Of a DNA stretch of 57,191 nt, positions 9,797-18,800 are shown piece by piece. Source of the stretch: a virus (taxonomy: Duplodnaviria; Caudoviricetes). The DNA lies in the IMG/VR virus record IMGVR_UViG_3300044724_009593, positions 1 through 57,191 of that record, one strand, 5' to 3'. Each line of letters starts with the position of its first letter. Position 1 is the first letter of the stretch. The translations under genes and the position numbers were made by a program. The notes under the pieces were generated by a model that was not told the origin of the DNA, did no database searches, and saw only the letters and a list, made by a program, of their open reading frames with translations.

Positions 9797-9992
9797 TTTT
9801 CCTTATATAAACATCTGACTGATTGTTAATTTTTGTCACTAAACTTTTACGTATTAAAGAATCCGCTATAAATTGATCATGCTCTTCTAGATCTTTATAG
9901 CGTTTTGGTTTTGTATCTAATTTATCTAACAGTGTTTGTTCTTCACTACTAGTATAGATACCAAAATCTCCTAATAATTCATTTACTTTCAT
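9783..9992 (-). CDS. Hypothetical protein (MKVNELL start)
   Basis: 69-aa ORF, ATGA-coupled. Confidence 0.65.
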   Translation of the reverse strand: MKVNELLGDFGIYTSSEEQTLLDKLDTKPKRYKDLEEHDQFIADSLIRKSLVTKINNQSDVYIRKNEQK

Positions 9993-10396
9993 TTTTCTTC
10001 AGGTAATCCTTTGTGCTTAGTGCTAGCAAAATCTTTTGCATCTTTCTTTTTCATGTTGCTTGCAACTTTTGCTACTTCACCTGATGCTGGTTGCTCTCCT
10101 TTTTGTGCAGCATGTACCATACCCATAAATCGCTGTTGTTTTCGTGATACTGCTTTTTCCATTGCTGCTACTTCTACCTGTTCGCCTGGTTTGATTGTTT
10201 GGTCAACTTCTCCAGATTGTTGCGTATTTACTACAAACTTGTTACTGGTAGGATCTTTTGTAATCATTCCTGGCTTATTTGGATCCTTAGGTATCAGAGT
10301 TTGTATCTTTGTTTTTGGGTCTACCAGCGTGGTTTGCTTTGGGTCATCTGCTACTACTTGTAAAGTTTGCTCTCCTAGTATATCAGCTACTTTCAT
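9989..10396 (-). CDS. Putative internal virion protein with DUF3008-like C-terminus
   Basis: AVSRKQQRFMGMVHA...DFASTKHKGLPE motif. Confidence 0.7.
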   Translation of the reverse strand: MKVADILGEQTLQVVADDPKQTTLVDPKTKIQTLIPKDPNKPGMITKDPTSNKFVVNTQQSGEVDQTIKPGEQVEVAAMEKAVSRKQQRFMGMVHAAQKGEQPASGEVAKVASNMKKKDAKDFASTKHKGLPEEK

Positions 10397-10668
10397 TAGT
10401 TATTCCTTTTATTCATGCTTTGTACCCTTTTAGACGCTGGGTTTACACGTTTTGTTTTTTTTGCTTTCCTAGCTAGCTTCGAGCCTAATCTAGCTTTTGT
10501 CTTTTTTAACGTTATTCTTTTTTTAACATCAATAGGTGCAAAGCATTGTGCAGGATTGCTAACTATACGACCATTCCTACGCCCGCCTGAACAACGATAT
10601 TTACGGACAACAGATTGTCCTGATCTTGCCCAAACCTGCTTTTCACCTAGTATTTCGTTAACTAACAT
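10396..10668 (-). CDS. Basic protein, possible prohead core/DNA-binding
   Basis: 90 aa, K/R rich, TAATG-coupled on both sides. Confidence 0.65.
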   Translation of the reverse strand: MLVNEILGEKQVWARSGQSVVRKYRCSGGRRNGRIVSNPAQCFAPIDVKKRITLKKTKARLGSKLARKAKKTKRVNPASKRVQSMNKRNN

Positions 10669-10913
10669 TAGCTTATCTTATCCAGTATAACCACTACTGT
10701 AGATAAGAAACCTACAATGATGGTGGCTGCAGCTCCAATAAAAACCTTTATCATTGCCTTGTTTCCTGCAAGGATGTCATTATGAACACGTTCAACTTTA
10801 TCTTCGATTACAGACAATCGTTTATCAAGTTGTTGATATCTTTCTTGACATAATTCTACATGCGCTTCTAGATGCTGCTTTTCGATTTCTGTTGCAGACA
10901 ATACCTTCTCCAA
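10668..10913 (-). CDS. Coiled-coil protein with C-terminal membrane anchor
   Basis: LEAHVELCQERY coiled coil then hydrophobic tail; hemolysin XhlA/holin-like architecture. Confidence 0.6.
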   Translation of the reverse strand: MEKVLSATEIEKQHLEAHVELCQERYQQLDKRLSVIEDKVERVHNDILAGNKAMIKVFIGAAATIIVGFLSTVVVILDKIS

Positions 10914-10946
10914 AAAATATATTACATTTGTATTTATTTTGTTTTT

Positions 10947-11345
10947 TTAATTATTATCTATAAAGATAAAACTTACATTTTTGTAATCTTCATTTTTACT
11001 TTCAAATACATTTTCTGGAAATTCTACGCTTTCATTTAAGCCAGTTGTTATTGGTACAAGATTAAAATCATTTTGCAGCATGATCTCATCAACACCAAAC
11101 TCGGCTCTTTCTGACTCTAATGTTACAATCCAATATTTTTGTCTATCTTTATATTTTTTTCCTAAAGCCAACTGTGCAATACCCCCGTGTTTTTGTTCAA
11201 TAGACACTGGTCGTAGATTAGTCCTTAGAGTTGCAGTGTTAAATAAAGTGTTAAGGTTTGCTTGCTGTGAATATTTTTTTGTGTCACCGTCTCTTTTTTC
11301 TCTTGTCTCGGTGACGTCAACAAGAGTAATAATTTGTAGTCTCAT
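10947..11345 (-). CDS. Hypothetical phage protein
   Basis: 132-aa ORF; GTAAATA motif 5 nt upstream of ATG. Confidence 0.7.
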   Translation of the reverse strand: MRLQIITLVDVTETREKRDGDTKKYSQQANLNTLFNTATLRTNLRPVSIEQKHGGIAQLALGKKYKDRQKYWIVTLESERAEFGVDEIMLQNDFNLVPITTGLNESVEFPENVFESKNEDYKNVSFIFIDNN

Positions 11346-11362
11346 GCAGTTATTTACAGGTC

Positions 11363-11395
11363 AAAAAAAAAGCACCATGTAAAAATGGTGCTTTT
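11363..11395 (-). terminator. Rho-independent terminator
   Basis: AGCACCAT/ATGGTGCT inverted repeat followed by a T run on minus strand, just after 11420..11782. Confidence 0.85.
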
Positions 11396-11419
11396 CAAAT
11401 TAATTTATATTAGAATAAA

Positions 11420-11782
11420 TTATCTAGCTGGTTCAAAGACTGCTACTATTGCTACTGTTGCACCAGTGGTTCCTGCTGCGTCAGTTGCATCAAATGTTCC
11501 GTTACCTTGTACACGAAGCATAGCTGGTGATGTACCAGCTGTCCAAATTGCAGCTCCATCTACTGTACCTACGCCACCGATTGTGAATGCATCACCTGTG
11601 TTGGCAGGTAATGTACCATCTTCACCACCTGGTAATGTAATATTGTTGATAACAGCGCCTAACTCAGCATCAGTCAAAGATGCTTTAGTTACGCTAACAA
11701 TATACTCTTTACCTACACCTGATTGACTACCTTGGTGCTTTAAATAATTTGCGGCAATATCCGTTCCTACTAAACTTGGCAT
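11420..11782 (-). CDS. Small Ala/Gly/Thr-rich protein, likely abundant virion (decoration) protein
   Basis: Own promoter motif, AAGGAG RBS and terminator; structural-protein composition. Confidence 0.65.
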   Translation of the reverse strand: MPSLVGTDIAANYLKHQGSQSGVGKEYIVSVTKASLTDAELGAVINNITLPGGEDGTLPANTGDAFTIGGVGTVDGAAIWTAGTSPAMLRVQGNGTFDATDAAGTTGATVAIVAVFEPAR

Positions 11783-11849
11783 TTTTTTCTCCTTTTAATT
11801 CATATGCCTTATGCCTATAAGGCTTCTAAACTTATTTATCATCTGTGAA

Positions 11850-12725
11850 TCAAAACTTTTTGTTACGCTGTTTTTTAGCTCTTTTTTGTAAAGATTTAAG
11901 CATGTTTATATAAGTAGGTCCTGCTGTTACAATGTCATCCATTATTTCAACTACAGGAGAGTAAGCCCTAACCATATTACTGGGTATTGCCTTACCTTCT
12001 CTTGTGTTTTGTAGGAAATTTTTGATTAATATTAAATTTTCTGGCTTTGCTAATAAGCGATAATAGGTCAAGTCTTGACTAGTTGTAACAACATCAGGCT
12101 TACTAACGGTTGGTTCAGGATCAGCTTGCCATTGACTTTCTAAATCAAAGTGATTAATTAATTTTTCAAAGTCTTCTATTATATCACTGTTACGTAATTT
12201 TGCTCGTGCTGCAAATAACAATCTGGTAGCAATGGCTTTTTGCCTACGTTTATCCTGCTTGTTAAGCTTGCCAACGCTTCTCCTAATTTCTTTGTAATCG
12301 CTGTTGTTTATATGAAGGCCATTCTCTAACCTTATAAACATTTGTTGGACCATAAAGGGCCTATTACCATTTGAAACTTTTGCAAAGTAATCTATTACAT
12401 CTGGTAATGGTAATGCGGTCGAAGCCTGGGCTCTTTGTGCAGCTTCGAGATCTTTTAATTTTCCTAATGCATGTTCGTCGCCATTTAAAAAATATAGGAA
12501 ATTGTAAGCATCAGTGCCGCTTATCTTAAAATGTTTAAAATTATCATATTTTGTGCGCCTACAATAATTTTGTACAAAGTGTGTGCTGTAGGGCATTTCC
12601 CGCATCATTTCTAATATTAACATAATTAGATAGAACTTTTCGCAGCAATCATTATATGTCAAAGTTTTTTGATTGCTTTCATCACGAGTCATTCGACCTT
12701 CGTTTAAATCTTTAAGGAAATCCAT
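11850..12725 (-). CDS. Hypothetical phage protein
   Basis: 291-aa ORF in operon. Confidence 0.75.
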   Translation of the reverse strand: MDFLKDLNEGRMTRDESNQKTLTYNDCCEKFYLIMLILEMMREMPYSTHFVQNYCRRTKYDNFKHFKISGTDAYNFLYFLNGDEHALGKLKDLEAAQRAQASTALPLPDVIDYFAKVSNGNRPFMVQQMFIRLENGLHINNSDYKEIRRSVGKLNKQDKRRQKAIATRLLFAARAKLRNSDIIEDFEKLINHFDLESQWQADPEPTVSKPDVVTTSQDLTYYRLLAKPENLILIKNFLQNTREGKAIPSNMVRAYSPVVEIMDDIVTAGPTYINMLKSLQKRAKKQRNKKF

Positions 12726-12726
12726 A

Positions 12727-13875
12727 CTATCTTTCTACTGCTCTATTTGCGGCTGTGAATCCACCTCTATCTACTAACTTTATTGCACCTTCTGGATGAG
12801 CCATTACAAAGCCTTCTCCGCCTGGATTATCATTTATATAAGCTTTTACAGGTACATCTTGTGCTTCTAACTGATTTATAATATCGTGTTTTACATTTTG
12901 TATACCTGCGACAATTTGCCAAATAGCTGCAAAGCCTGCTTGTTGCTTGCCAATATACTCTGCTATTTTACCTTTTTTATTTTGACTAACTTTACTAGTA
13001 GATAACCATTCAAGGAAATCTGTACCTAAATTTTCCATGCCTGTATCAACTTTACTGTTTACATATGTATATAGAATGCTAGGAAAATCTGTAATTTTCA
13101 TTGCTGTTAGTGTATTTTTATTTAACAGTTTATCAATTGCAGCCGCATTTTTGCTAGTCAAGGCTTGTAAATTTTTTATTTCATTATCGTTTACTTGTGG
13201 TGCCTCTTGTATCGTAACAGGTGGTACGACTAAAACTTCATGACCTTTGAAGAATGTTACAGGATCTATCTTTAAACTAGTTTCGTTTCCATTAATATCA
13301 ATTTCATTATGAATCACTACAGCAGATTTACTTTTAGCAATTTGCATTCCAAGTACACTCTTTGCATCAACTGTATAAGTTACTATATTTGGTTTGAAAG
13401 TAAAATTACCTTTGTTAAGTAATGGAGTGTTGTAGTAAAGCAAATCGCCTTTAAAGTACCCTACATGGTTTCGTGGAGTGGCCTTTTCATACTCGTCAAA
13501 GATATCCCGCATGTTACCGGCAAACAGTCTGTAGGAATCTTCAGGTTCTATACCTTTACTTAATTTCCTATTTAAAATCATTTTTTCTAAATCTTTAGAA
13601 CTGGTACTCTTTCCGTCATAACCTTTTGCACTAAAACCACTTTTATCAGTCAAAACAAATTCGCCTTGTTCATTCCTTCCAAAAATAATAGCAGGAGACC
13701 CATCCCACTTTACAGTTACGTCGGTATGTCCACCTTGTTCGAGATTTTTTAAAGCCTCTATTGCCCGTTTAGCACCTTTACTTCCTTCCCAGAAGACTAT
13801 ATCTTCAGCATGCTGGATCCGTGCTCCTTCCATCAATGGTATTGAGTTGGACTGATAAAATTCAAAAAATCTCAT
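12727..13875 (-). CDS. Conserved large-phage protein (DUF6267-like)
   Basis: RIQHAED, TVKWDGSPAIIFG, FKGDLLY, GEGFV, KLVDRxxF motifs; KxDG recalls ligase-type nucleotidyltransferases. Confidence 0.7.
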   Translation of the reverse strand: MRFFEFYQSNSIPLMEGARIQHAEDIVFWEGSKGAKRAIEALKNLEQGGHTDVTVKWDGSPAIIFGRNEQGEFVLTDKSGFSAKGYDGKSTSSKDLEKMILNRKLSKGIEPEDSYRLFAGNMRDIFDEYEKATPRNHVGYFKGDLLYYNTPLLNKGNFTFKPNIVTYTVDAKSVLGMQIAKSKSAVVIHNEIDINGNETSLKIDPVTFFKGHEVLVVPPVTIQEAPQVNDNEIKNLQALTSKNAAAIDKLLNKNTLTAMKITDFPSILYTYVNSKVDTGMENLGTDFLEWLSTSKVSQNKKGKIAEYIGKQQAGFAAIWQIVAGIQNVKHDIINQLEAQDVPVKAYINDNPGGEGFVMAHPEGAIKLVDRGGFTAANRAVER

Positions 13876-14606
13876 ATTCCGGCTAGCTCCCTGATACGCC
13901 GGATCTCCGTGCCTTCTGGTAGTGTGAGTCTGTCTCTTTCAAATGCAGTACGAGCATCTGCAGTAATTTGTTCTAGATCGCTTCTTCCTCTGATAGCATC
14001 ATATATACTGGTAACAGTTTCTAAACTTTTCGCATCGTTATTTTTACCAAGTAACATTTTTGCTATCTCATCGGGTTGATCTGAAATAACATCGTCAGTT
14101 GCCCTATCAATTAATCCTCGCAGGTAACTCCATTTCATTCCTTGTGCTTTAGCAATACTAGCTAAAAGTAAATGCCTATGTTTACCTTTGTATTGGCTGC
14201 CACCAGGTTCACCACGCATACTCCATTTTAACCATTCAGGATTTCCAAACATTAAATCCGTTTGCACAAATCCTAGTGACTCATCGCCGTTTATTGGTGT
14301 TTTAAAGTGTACATTGATGCCGGACTTGGCAATCCATTCTTTTGGATTTTTTCCATTTTGTTTACACCAAGCAGATAATTTTTGTACCATTTCATCTTTT
14401 GATACATCATCTATGTTGACAGCAACATCTAGATCACCTGAAGTGTCTGCTACGCCAGTACTACCTAACTTAAAATCATTATGTGGCAATCCTGTAATTT
14501 TTTCTAGCCAAGCAAGTGTAGTTTCAACATCAACCCTATCTATCCTTTTGGTGGCTAGTGATTTATCTGGATTTTTAAATACATTACCACCTTCTTTTAG
14601 AAGCAT
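13872..14606 (-). CDS. Putative Pol-beta-superfamily nucleotidyltransferase
   Basis: LGSTG-x5-GDLDVAV plus VQTDLM third acidic residue. Confidence 0.65.
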   Translation of the reverse strand: MLLKEGGNVFKNPDKSLATKRIDRVDVETTLAWLEKITGLPHNDFKLGSTGVADTSGDLDVAVNIDDVSKDEMVQKLSAWCKQNGKNPKEWIAKSGINVHFKTPINGDESLGFVQTDLMFGNPEWLKWSMRGEPGGSQYKGKHRHLLLASIAKAQGMKWSYLRGLIDRATDDVISDQPDEIAKMLLGKNNDAKSLETVTSIYDAIRGRSDLEQITADARTAFERDRLTLPEGTEIRRIRELAGI

Positions 14607-14863
14607 TAAAGTTTCCTTTTATTCTCAATAATACGTTGTATTCCTCTTTTAAATTTTTTTGGATCAGCTGAGCGGATACTGTTGATAAATCTTTTTTCTA
14701 ATTCAGCAGCTTCTGCAGGCGAATAATTTTCATAAATTAAATTAATTAAATTTATAGAACTATTAATAATATTATTAGCTGTTGAATCAATGATTAAATC
14801 ATTATTTTTATTCAAAGCAAGATGATTCAATTCTTGCAATATAGATCTAGTTTGTTTTCGCAT
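14606..14863 (-). CDS. Hypothetical phage protein
   Basis: 85 aa; GAGGA RBS and ATAAATA motif upstream. Confidence 0.7.
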   Translation of the reverse strand: MRKQTRSILQELNHLALNKNNDLIIDSTANNIINSSINLINLIYENYSPAEAAELEKRFINSIRSADPKKFKRGIQRIIENKRKL

Positions 14864-14897
14864 ACACGTATCCTCTTATTGTATTTATTTTAAAATG

Positions 14898-15827
14898 TTA
14901 CACAAAGAGGCTACTAATAGATTCTTCATTGGTTACACGACGTATAGCTTCTCCAAACAAATTAGCTACACTTACTTGCCTTACCCTACAACCATCTTCA
15001 CAGTGATCTGCAATCGTATCAGTGATAACTAGCTCAGTTAAAACGCTCTCTCTTACCCTAATACAGGCACTACGACTTAATACACCATGTGTAATGTAGG
15101 CCTTTACATCAATTGCACCTGCATCCATAATGGCTTTTGCAGCATTGCATAATGTACCTCCACTGTCTACGATATCATCTACTAGGATAGCATGTCGACC
15201 TTCCACATCTCCTATTAAATGCATTACTTCACTCTTACCTGCTGCAGGTCTACGCTTGTCAACAATAGCAATGTTACCATGGAATGCGTCTGCAAACTTA
15301 CGAGCACGGACAGCACCACCTGCATCTGGACTTACAAACACATATTCACTACTGTCTTTTTGATGTTCCTTAATATCTCTTGCAAAGATAATCCTGCTAG
15401 TAAGATCATCAACAGGAATGTCAAAGAACCCTTGTATCTGTCCGGCGTGTAAATCCATAGTCAGTACACGATCGGCACCTGCTGTCGTAAGTAGGTCAGC
15501 AACTAGTTTTGCTGTAATCGGTGTGCGGCTTGCACTCTTACGATCTTGTCTAGCATATCCAAAATATGGAATGACTGCTGTAATACGTTGTGCAGAACTA
15601 CGTTTAGCTGCATCAATCATAACCATGAGTTCCATTAGGTTATCGTTGACCGGAGTGCTGGTAGATTGGATTATAAAAACATCTTCTCCTCGGATATTTT
15701 CTAAGAATTCTACAGAAGTTTCTCCGTCTGAAAACCTGTCAATCTTAGCCGGTACAAGTGTACTAAAACTATGCTCTGCAATTGCGTTTGCAAGAGGCTG
15801 ATTTGAATTTCCTGCGATTAGTTTCAT
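14898..15827 (-). CDS. prs: Ribose-phosphate pyrophosphokinase (PRPP synthetase)
   Basis: FSDGE, PYFGYARQDRK, DLHAGQIQGFF, VSPDAGG, VDDIVDSGGT. Confidence 0.97.
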   Translation of the reverse strand: MKLIAGNSNQPLANAIAEHSFSTLVPAKIDRFSDGETSVEFLENIRGEDVFIIQSTSTPVNDNLMELMVMIDAAKRSSAQRITAVIPYFGYARQDRKSASRTPITAKLVADLLTTAGADRVLTMDLHAGQIQGFFDIPVDDLTSRIIFARDIKEHQKDSSEYVFVSPDAGGAVRARKFADAFHGNIAIVDKRRPAAGKSEVMHLIGDVEGRHAILVDDIVDSGGTLCNAAKAIMDAGAIDVKAYITHGVLSRSACIRVRESVLTELVITDTIADHCEDGCRVRQVSVANLFGEAIRRVTNEESISSLFV

Positions 15828-15879
15828 TATTCTTTAGATTAAGGTTAAATTATTATGTTACTGTAAAAAGTTATTTACG

Positions 15880-16254
15880 TCAACCTAATAATATATCAAG
15901 GATGTTTTGATTAGATATATCTGCGATCTTGGCACCGCAAGCTTCGGCTTCTTTTGCAAGCAATTTATGTTCATTGTTGTTACAGATACTTACAAAAAAA
16001 TCACAGGCCTTAAACCATCCTGCAAGTTCTTGATCAGTTTGATAACTTACAAAGATTGTATCAGGTAGATCGTTAAGTGCGGAATGGGCAAGCACGACAC
16101 AAGTCGCTCTAGCAGGTAGTTCAAGTTCGCAAAATTCAGCAAGCTGTTCTTCTGCACACCCTAGACTAACTGTAATTACTATTGGTCTACCGCAGTATAA
16201 TGTAGCAGGATTTTCTCTGTTCCATATCGTACGGTCAATATCATTATCTTCCAT
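15880..16254 (-). CDS. Truncated or degenerate GT4-like glycosyltransferase C-terminal domain (start reassigned to 16254)
   Basis: ELAGWFKACDFFV...KEAEACGAKI resembles GT-B nucleotide-sugar-binding motif; ATAAATA motif at 16262-16268. Confidence 0.5.
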   Translation of the reverse strand: MEDNDIDRTIWNRENPATLYCGRPIVITVSLGCAEEQLAEFCELELPARATCVVLAHSALNDLPDTIFVSYQTDQELAGWFKACDFFVSICNNNEHKLLAKEAEACGAKIADISNQNILDILLG

Positions 16255-16363
16255 AACAAAATATTTATGTTGATTTTTTATTACAGATAATTTATAATGA
16301 TAAATAGTTTTGTGCATTTGCACAGTTACACACAAACATTTACACACATAGAAGGAGACACAA

Positions 16364-16537
16364 ATGAACATTGTAACATCAATTTTTGATTGGTTGAATG
16401 GCAGCGCCAGTGAGCGAGATCGCGAACTAAAAACTTTCGTAAAATCAGAATATAAACATGATTGGGAATATGCTTTTAATACCCTAAAAGAAAGCCGACA
16501 GCTACCTCTTCTAGAGGATAGATGGAATGTTAGATAA
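16364..16537 (+). CDS. Small protein (57 aa), not in ORF track
   Basis: MNIVTSIFDWLNGSASERDRELKTFVKSEYKHDWEYAFNTLKESRQLPLLEDRWNVR*; AAGGAG RBS. Confidence 0.75.
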   Translation: MNIVTSIFDWLNGSASERDRELKTFVKSEYKHDWEYAFNTLKESRQLPLLEDRWNVR

Positions 16538-16631
16538 GCTACGAGCATTAGGAAAACGTTTGCTTGCAGCTATTGAAAAAAGCCAAATGCGTAGGGCTCG
16601 TCGTGAGATGGAGCAAGGCGGATGGAGCTAG
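16527..16631 (+). CDS. Small Arg-rich peptide (34 aa), DUF1127-like in character
   Basis: MLDKLRALGKRLLAAIEKSQMRRARREMEQGGWS*; GAGGA RBS; overlaps both neighbours. Confidence 0.55.
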   Translation: MLDKLRALGKRLLAAIEKSQMRRARREMEQGGWS

Positions 16632-16840
16632 ATCAATTTTCTTTTAAAGAAATTGGTCATAACATACTTGGCCCCAATCGAAACAGTTGGGGCTATGTAT
16701 ATACAATTGCAATATTTGCAAGAGATGATATCATTATTAAAACTATTACACCAAGTAAAACAAAAATAATTAAAAGATTTAGTTGTTGGAATGACGCTGC
16801 AGATTATGTAGAACTGATAAATGCAGATAGACGTTATTAA
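16622..16840 (+). CDS. Hypothetical protein
   Basis: 72-aa ORF continuing the small plus-strand operon. Confidence 0.5.
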   Translation: MELDQFSFKEIGHNILGPNRNSWGYVYTIAIFARDDIIIKTITPSKTKIIKRFSCWNDAADYVELINADRRY

Positions 16841-17322
16841 TTTGCATCCACCCACTGGGCACTTTGGCCATCATCATAATATATTTTAAGCTTACCATCG
16901 GCAGAATTCCACCATAAATCTCCTTGACTAGGATTACTAGGGGAATTGTCTGACACAATTGCCTGTGCTGAAGCGGTTTGTTGTTGTGGTAAATCAGTTG
17001 GTACAAATGCACTAACAGTTTGATCCCAACTGAGTACCTTTCCTTGTCCATTATCTGCATCTAGCGTAACTGAATTAGGATCAACATCAGTGAGATCAAA
17101 TACCGTTGATATTGAACTGCCTGTAGATAATCCATCCAAGGCATCAGCAAGTATTTTTTCATTGACAAGAAGGAAACCGCCTTTTGTTTCCTTGTTGTAC
17201 AATCTTAAAGAATCATTGTCATTGTCGAAATAAATTTCTCCACGTGACCCTACGTTATTTTCTAGAAAATCAGTTTCTCTTGGAATAACCCTAATCCTAT
17301 TTACAATCGGCGATGATGACAT
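16837..17322 (-). CDS. Short tail-fibre-like structural protein
   Basis: GSRGEIYFD N-terminus, DLTDVD repeat, SPSNPSQGDLWWNS...QWVDAN C-terminal module. Confidence 0.7.
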   Translation of the reverse strand: MSSSPIVNRIRVIPRETDFLENNVGSRGEIYFDNDNDSLRLYNKETKGGFLLVNEKILADALDGLSTGSSISTVFDLTDVDPNSVTLDADNGQGKVLSWDQTVSAFVPTDLPQQQTASAQAIVSDNSPSNPSQGDLWWNSADGKLKIYYDDGQSAQWVDAN

Positions 17323-17369
17323 AAAAAATCCTCTTTACGATATTTATCGTGTAATGTTGGTAAATATAT

Positions 17370-17398
17370 TTGACATTTGTTTTAGAATGTTATATATT
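17370..17398 (+). promoter_or_regulatory. Sigma70-type promoter
   Basis: TTGACA-17 nt-TATATT upstream of 17428. Confidence 0.7.
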
Positions 17399-17427
17399 AT
17401 TTTTTTACACACACAGAGGAGTACAAC

Positions 17428-17727
17428 ATGACCAAAAATAATTATACCAACCAAACCTTTGACCAAATGAATGATATGATGAAGAACTTCATGCCCGTGG
17501 TAAAGCCTAATAAGAATGGATATGAAATCCGGACTAAAGTGCTAGAAATGGCACAAAACCAAATGTGGCAAGACTACCATGCAAAATGGGGAGCTTGGGA
17601 AACTAAGATCTCTAAGGACGGAGACGAAATTGTTACAGAAGTAAAGATGCCCGAAGTACCTGGTGTAGAGTCAGTTTTATCAGCAGCAGAAAGAATGTAT
17701 GCATTCGTCACTGGTAATAATAAATAA
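17428..17727 (+). CDS. Conserved small phage protein (KNGYEIR motif)
   Basis: GAGGAG RBS; KNGYEIRTKVLEMA...AERMYAFV. Confidence 0.8.
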   Translation: MTKNNYTNQTFDQMNDMMKNFMPVVKPNKNGYEIRTKVLEMAQNQMWQDYHAKWGAWETKISKDGDEIVTEVKMPEVPGVESVLSAAERMYAFVTGNNK

Positions 17728-17793
17728 GTTGTAACTGAAAGACCCTAAATAGGAAACGAGAGCATAGCTCGGGAAATATTAATTTATCAAGAA

Positions 17794-17858
17794 AGCCCCT
17801 AGCAATTAAATCTAATAGCTCGCTTGAGCGAGGCACTGTTTAACTGTTGTTAGGGGTT
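17794..17858. terminator. Long stem-loop between convergent transcription units
   Basis: AGCCCCTAGCAA pairs with TTGTTAGGGGTT (12 bp, 2 G-U on + strand); inner CTCGC-TTGA-GCGAG hairpin. Confidence 0.6.
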
Positions 17859-17866
17859 AACCGCCT

Positions 17867-18016
17867 CTATATCTTTAGGTATATGTCTAATAGGATAGCA
17901 AAAAATATTTGAATAAAAAATAATATAAAAAGTGTGCTAATAAATTTTCTCGTTGCACATCCTTTACAAACCTCTCTAATCAACTTTACATCATCTTTTA
18001 ATTTATGCAGCAACAT
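17867..18016 (-). CDS. Small CxxC + transmembrane peptide (49 aa), last gene of the long operon; not in ORF track
   Basis: MLLHKLKDDVKLIREVCKGCATRKFISTLFILFFIQIFFAILLDIYLKI*; starts 4 nt after upstream stop. Confidence 0.5.
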   Translation of the reverse strand: MLLHKLKDDVKLIREVCKGCATRKFISTLFILFFIQIFFAILLDIYLKI

Positions 18017-18020
18017 AAGT

Positions 18021-18800
18021 TTAACTTACTTTTAAATATAAAACTATTCTACATACCCATTTACAACTAAAATTTTGAAAATCCCCACTACAATGAATTT
18101 GATATGGATTTAAAGATTCAATTGATCCTAACTTCATTTTACTAACTTTTTCTATATCTAAGCCTAGTTGTAACTTCTTAAAATGACTTTGAAAATGATT
18201 AAAAATTGTAGGATCCTCTTCGTATAAAAATTTTTCATTGTGTTTATTTATGATATTTAATTCCTTGTCTTCTAGGTTATACGAATTATAAGTTAGATTA
18301 TTTTTTAATAATAACCTTGTGTATTCATAACCGCCTTCTGTGTAATAATTATAATGCTGCTTAAATTTAACCAAATAGGTTATCAGAGATGAAGTATCAT
18401 CATATTCTGTATCAAATGCTAACGGAATAATAAATATTTTCGCAATGCAGTATTTTTTATTATCTAAAAAAGGTAAATGGCCATCTATATGTGTATGAGT
18501 TGGTTGAACCAGTTTACACAAATGGATGTCTATATGATAATCTTGTTGAAATTCTAAATATTGTTCTAATTTATCCATTAACTTTGTTTTAATATCAGTT
18601 GACCTAATTGAACTTATACTTTGTTCTCGCCCGAAAACGTCAACATGATTTTGCCTCTCAGCATACCAAATATCTAAAAGGTCTTTTTGATCTAGAAAAT
18701 TATCAAGACTTAGATTAAAATCCTTAGATTTATTTTTAATGAAATTTCTATAATTTTTAATTTCAGTATATGAAAAATTCGACAAAGTTTCTGAAGACAT
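18021..18800 (-). CDS. Divergent 2OG-Fe(II) oxygenase-like protein (paralogue of 22477..23385)
   Basis: HIDGH and NPYQIHCSGDF facial-triad motifs. Confidence 0.6.
   Translation of the reverse strand: MSSETLSNFSYTEIKNYRNFIKNKSKDFNLSLDNFLDQKDLLDIWYAERQNHVDVFGREQSISSIRSTDIKTKLMDKLEQYLEFQQDYHIDIHLCKLVQPTHTHIDGHLPFLDNKKYCIAKIFIIPLAFDTEYDDTSSLITYLVKFKQHYNYYTEGGYEYTRLLLKNNLTYNSYNLEDKELNIINKHNEKFLYEEDPTIFNHFQSHFKKLQLGLDIEKVSKMKLGSIESLNPYQIHCSGDFQNFSCKWVCRIVLYLKVS

Noticed and set aside
16255-16548. N-terminal extension of the 222-aa ORF 15880..16548
   Set aside because: Overlaps a promoter region and a better-supported plus-strand gene with a strong RBS
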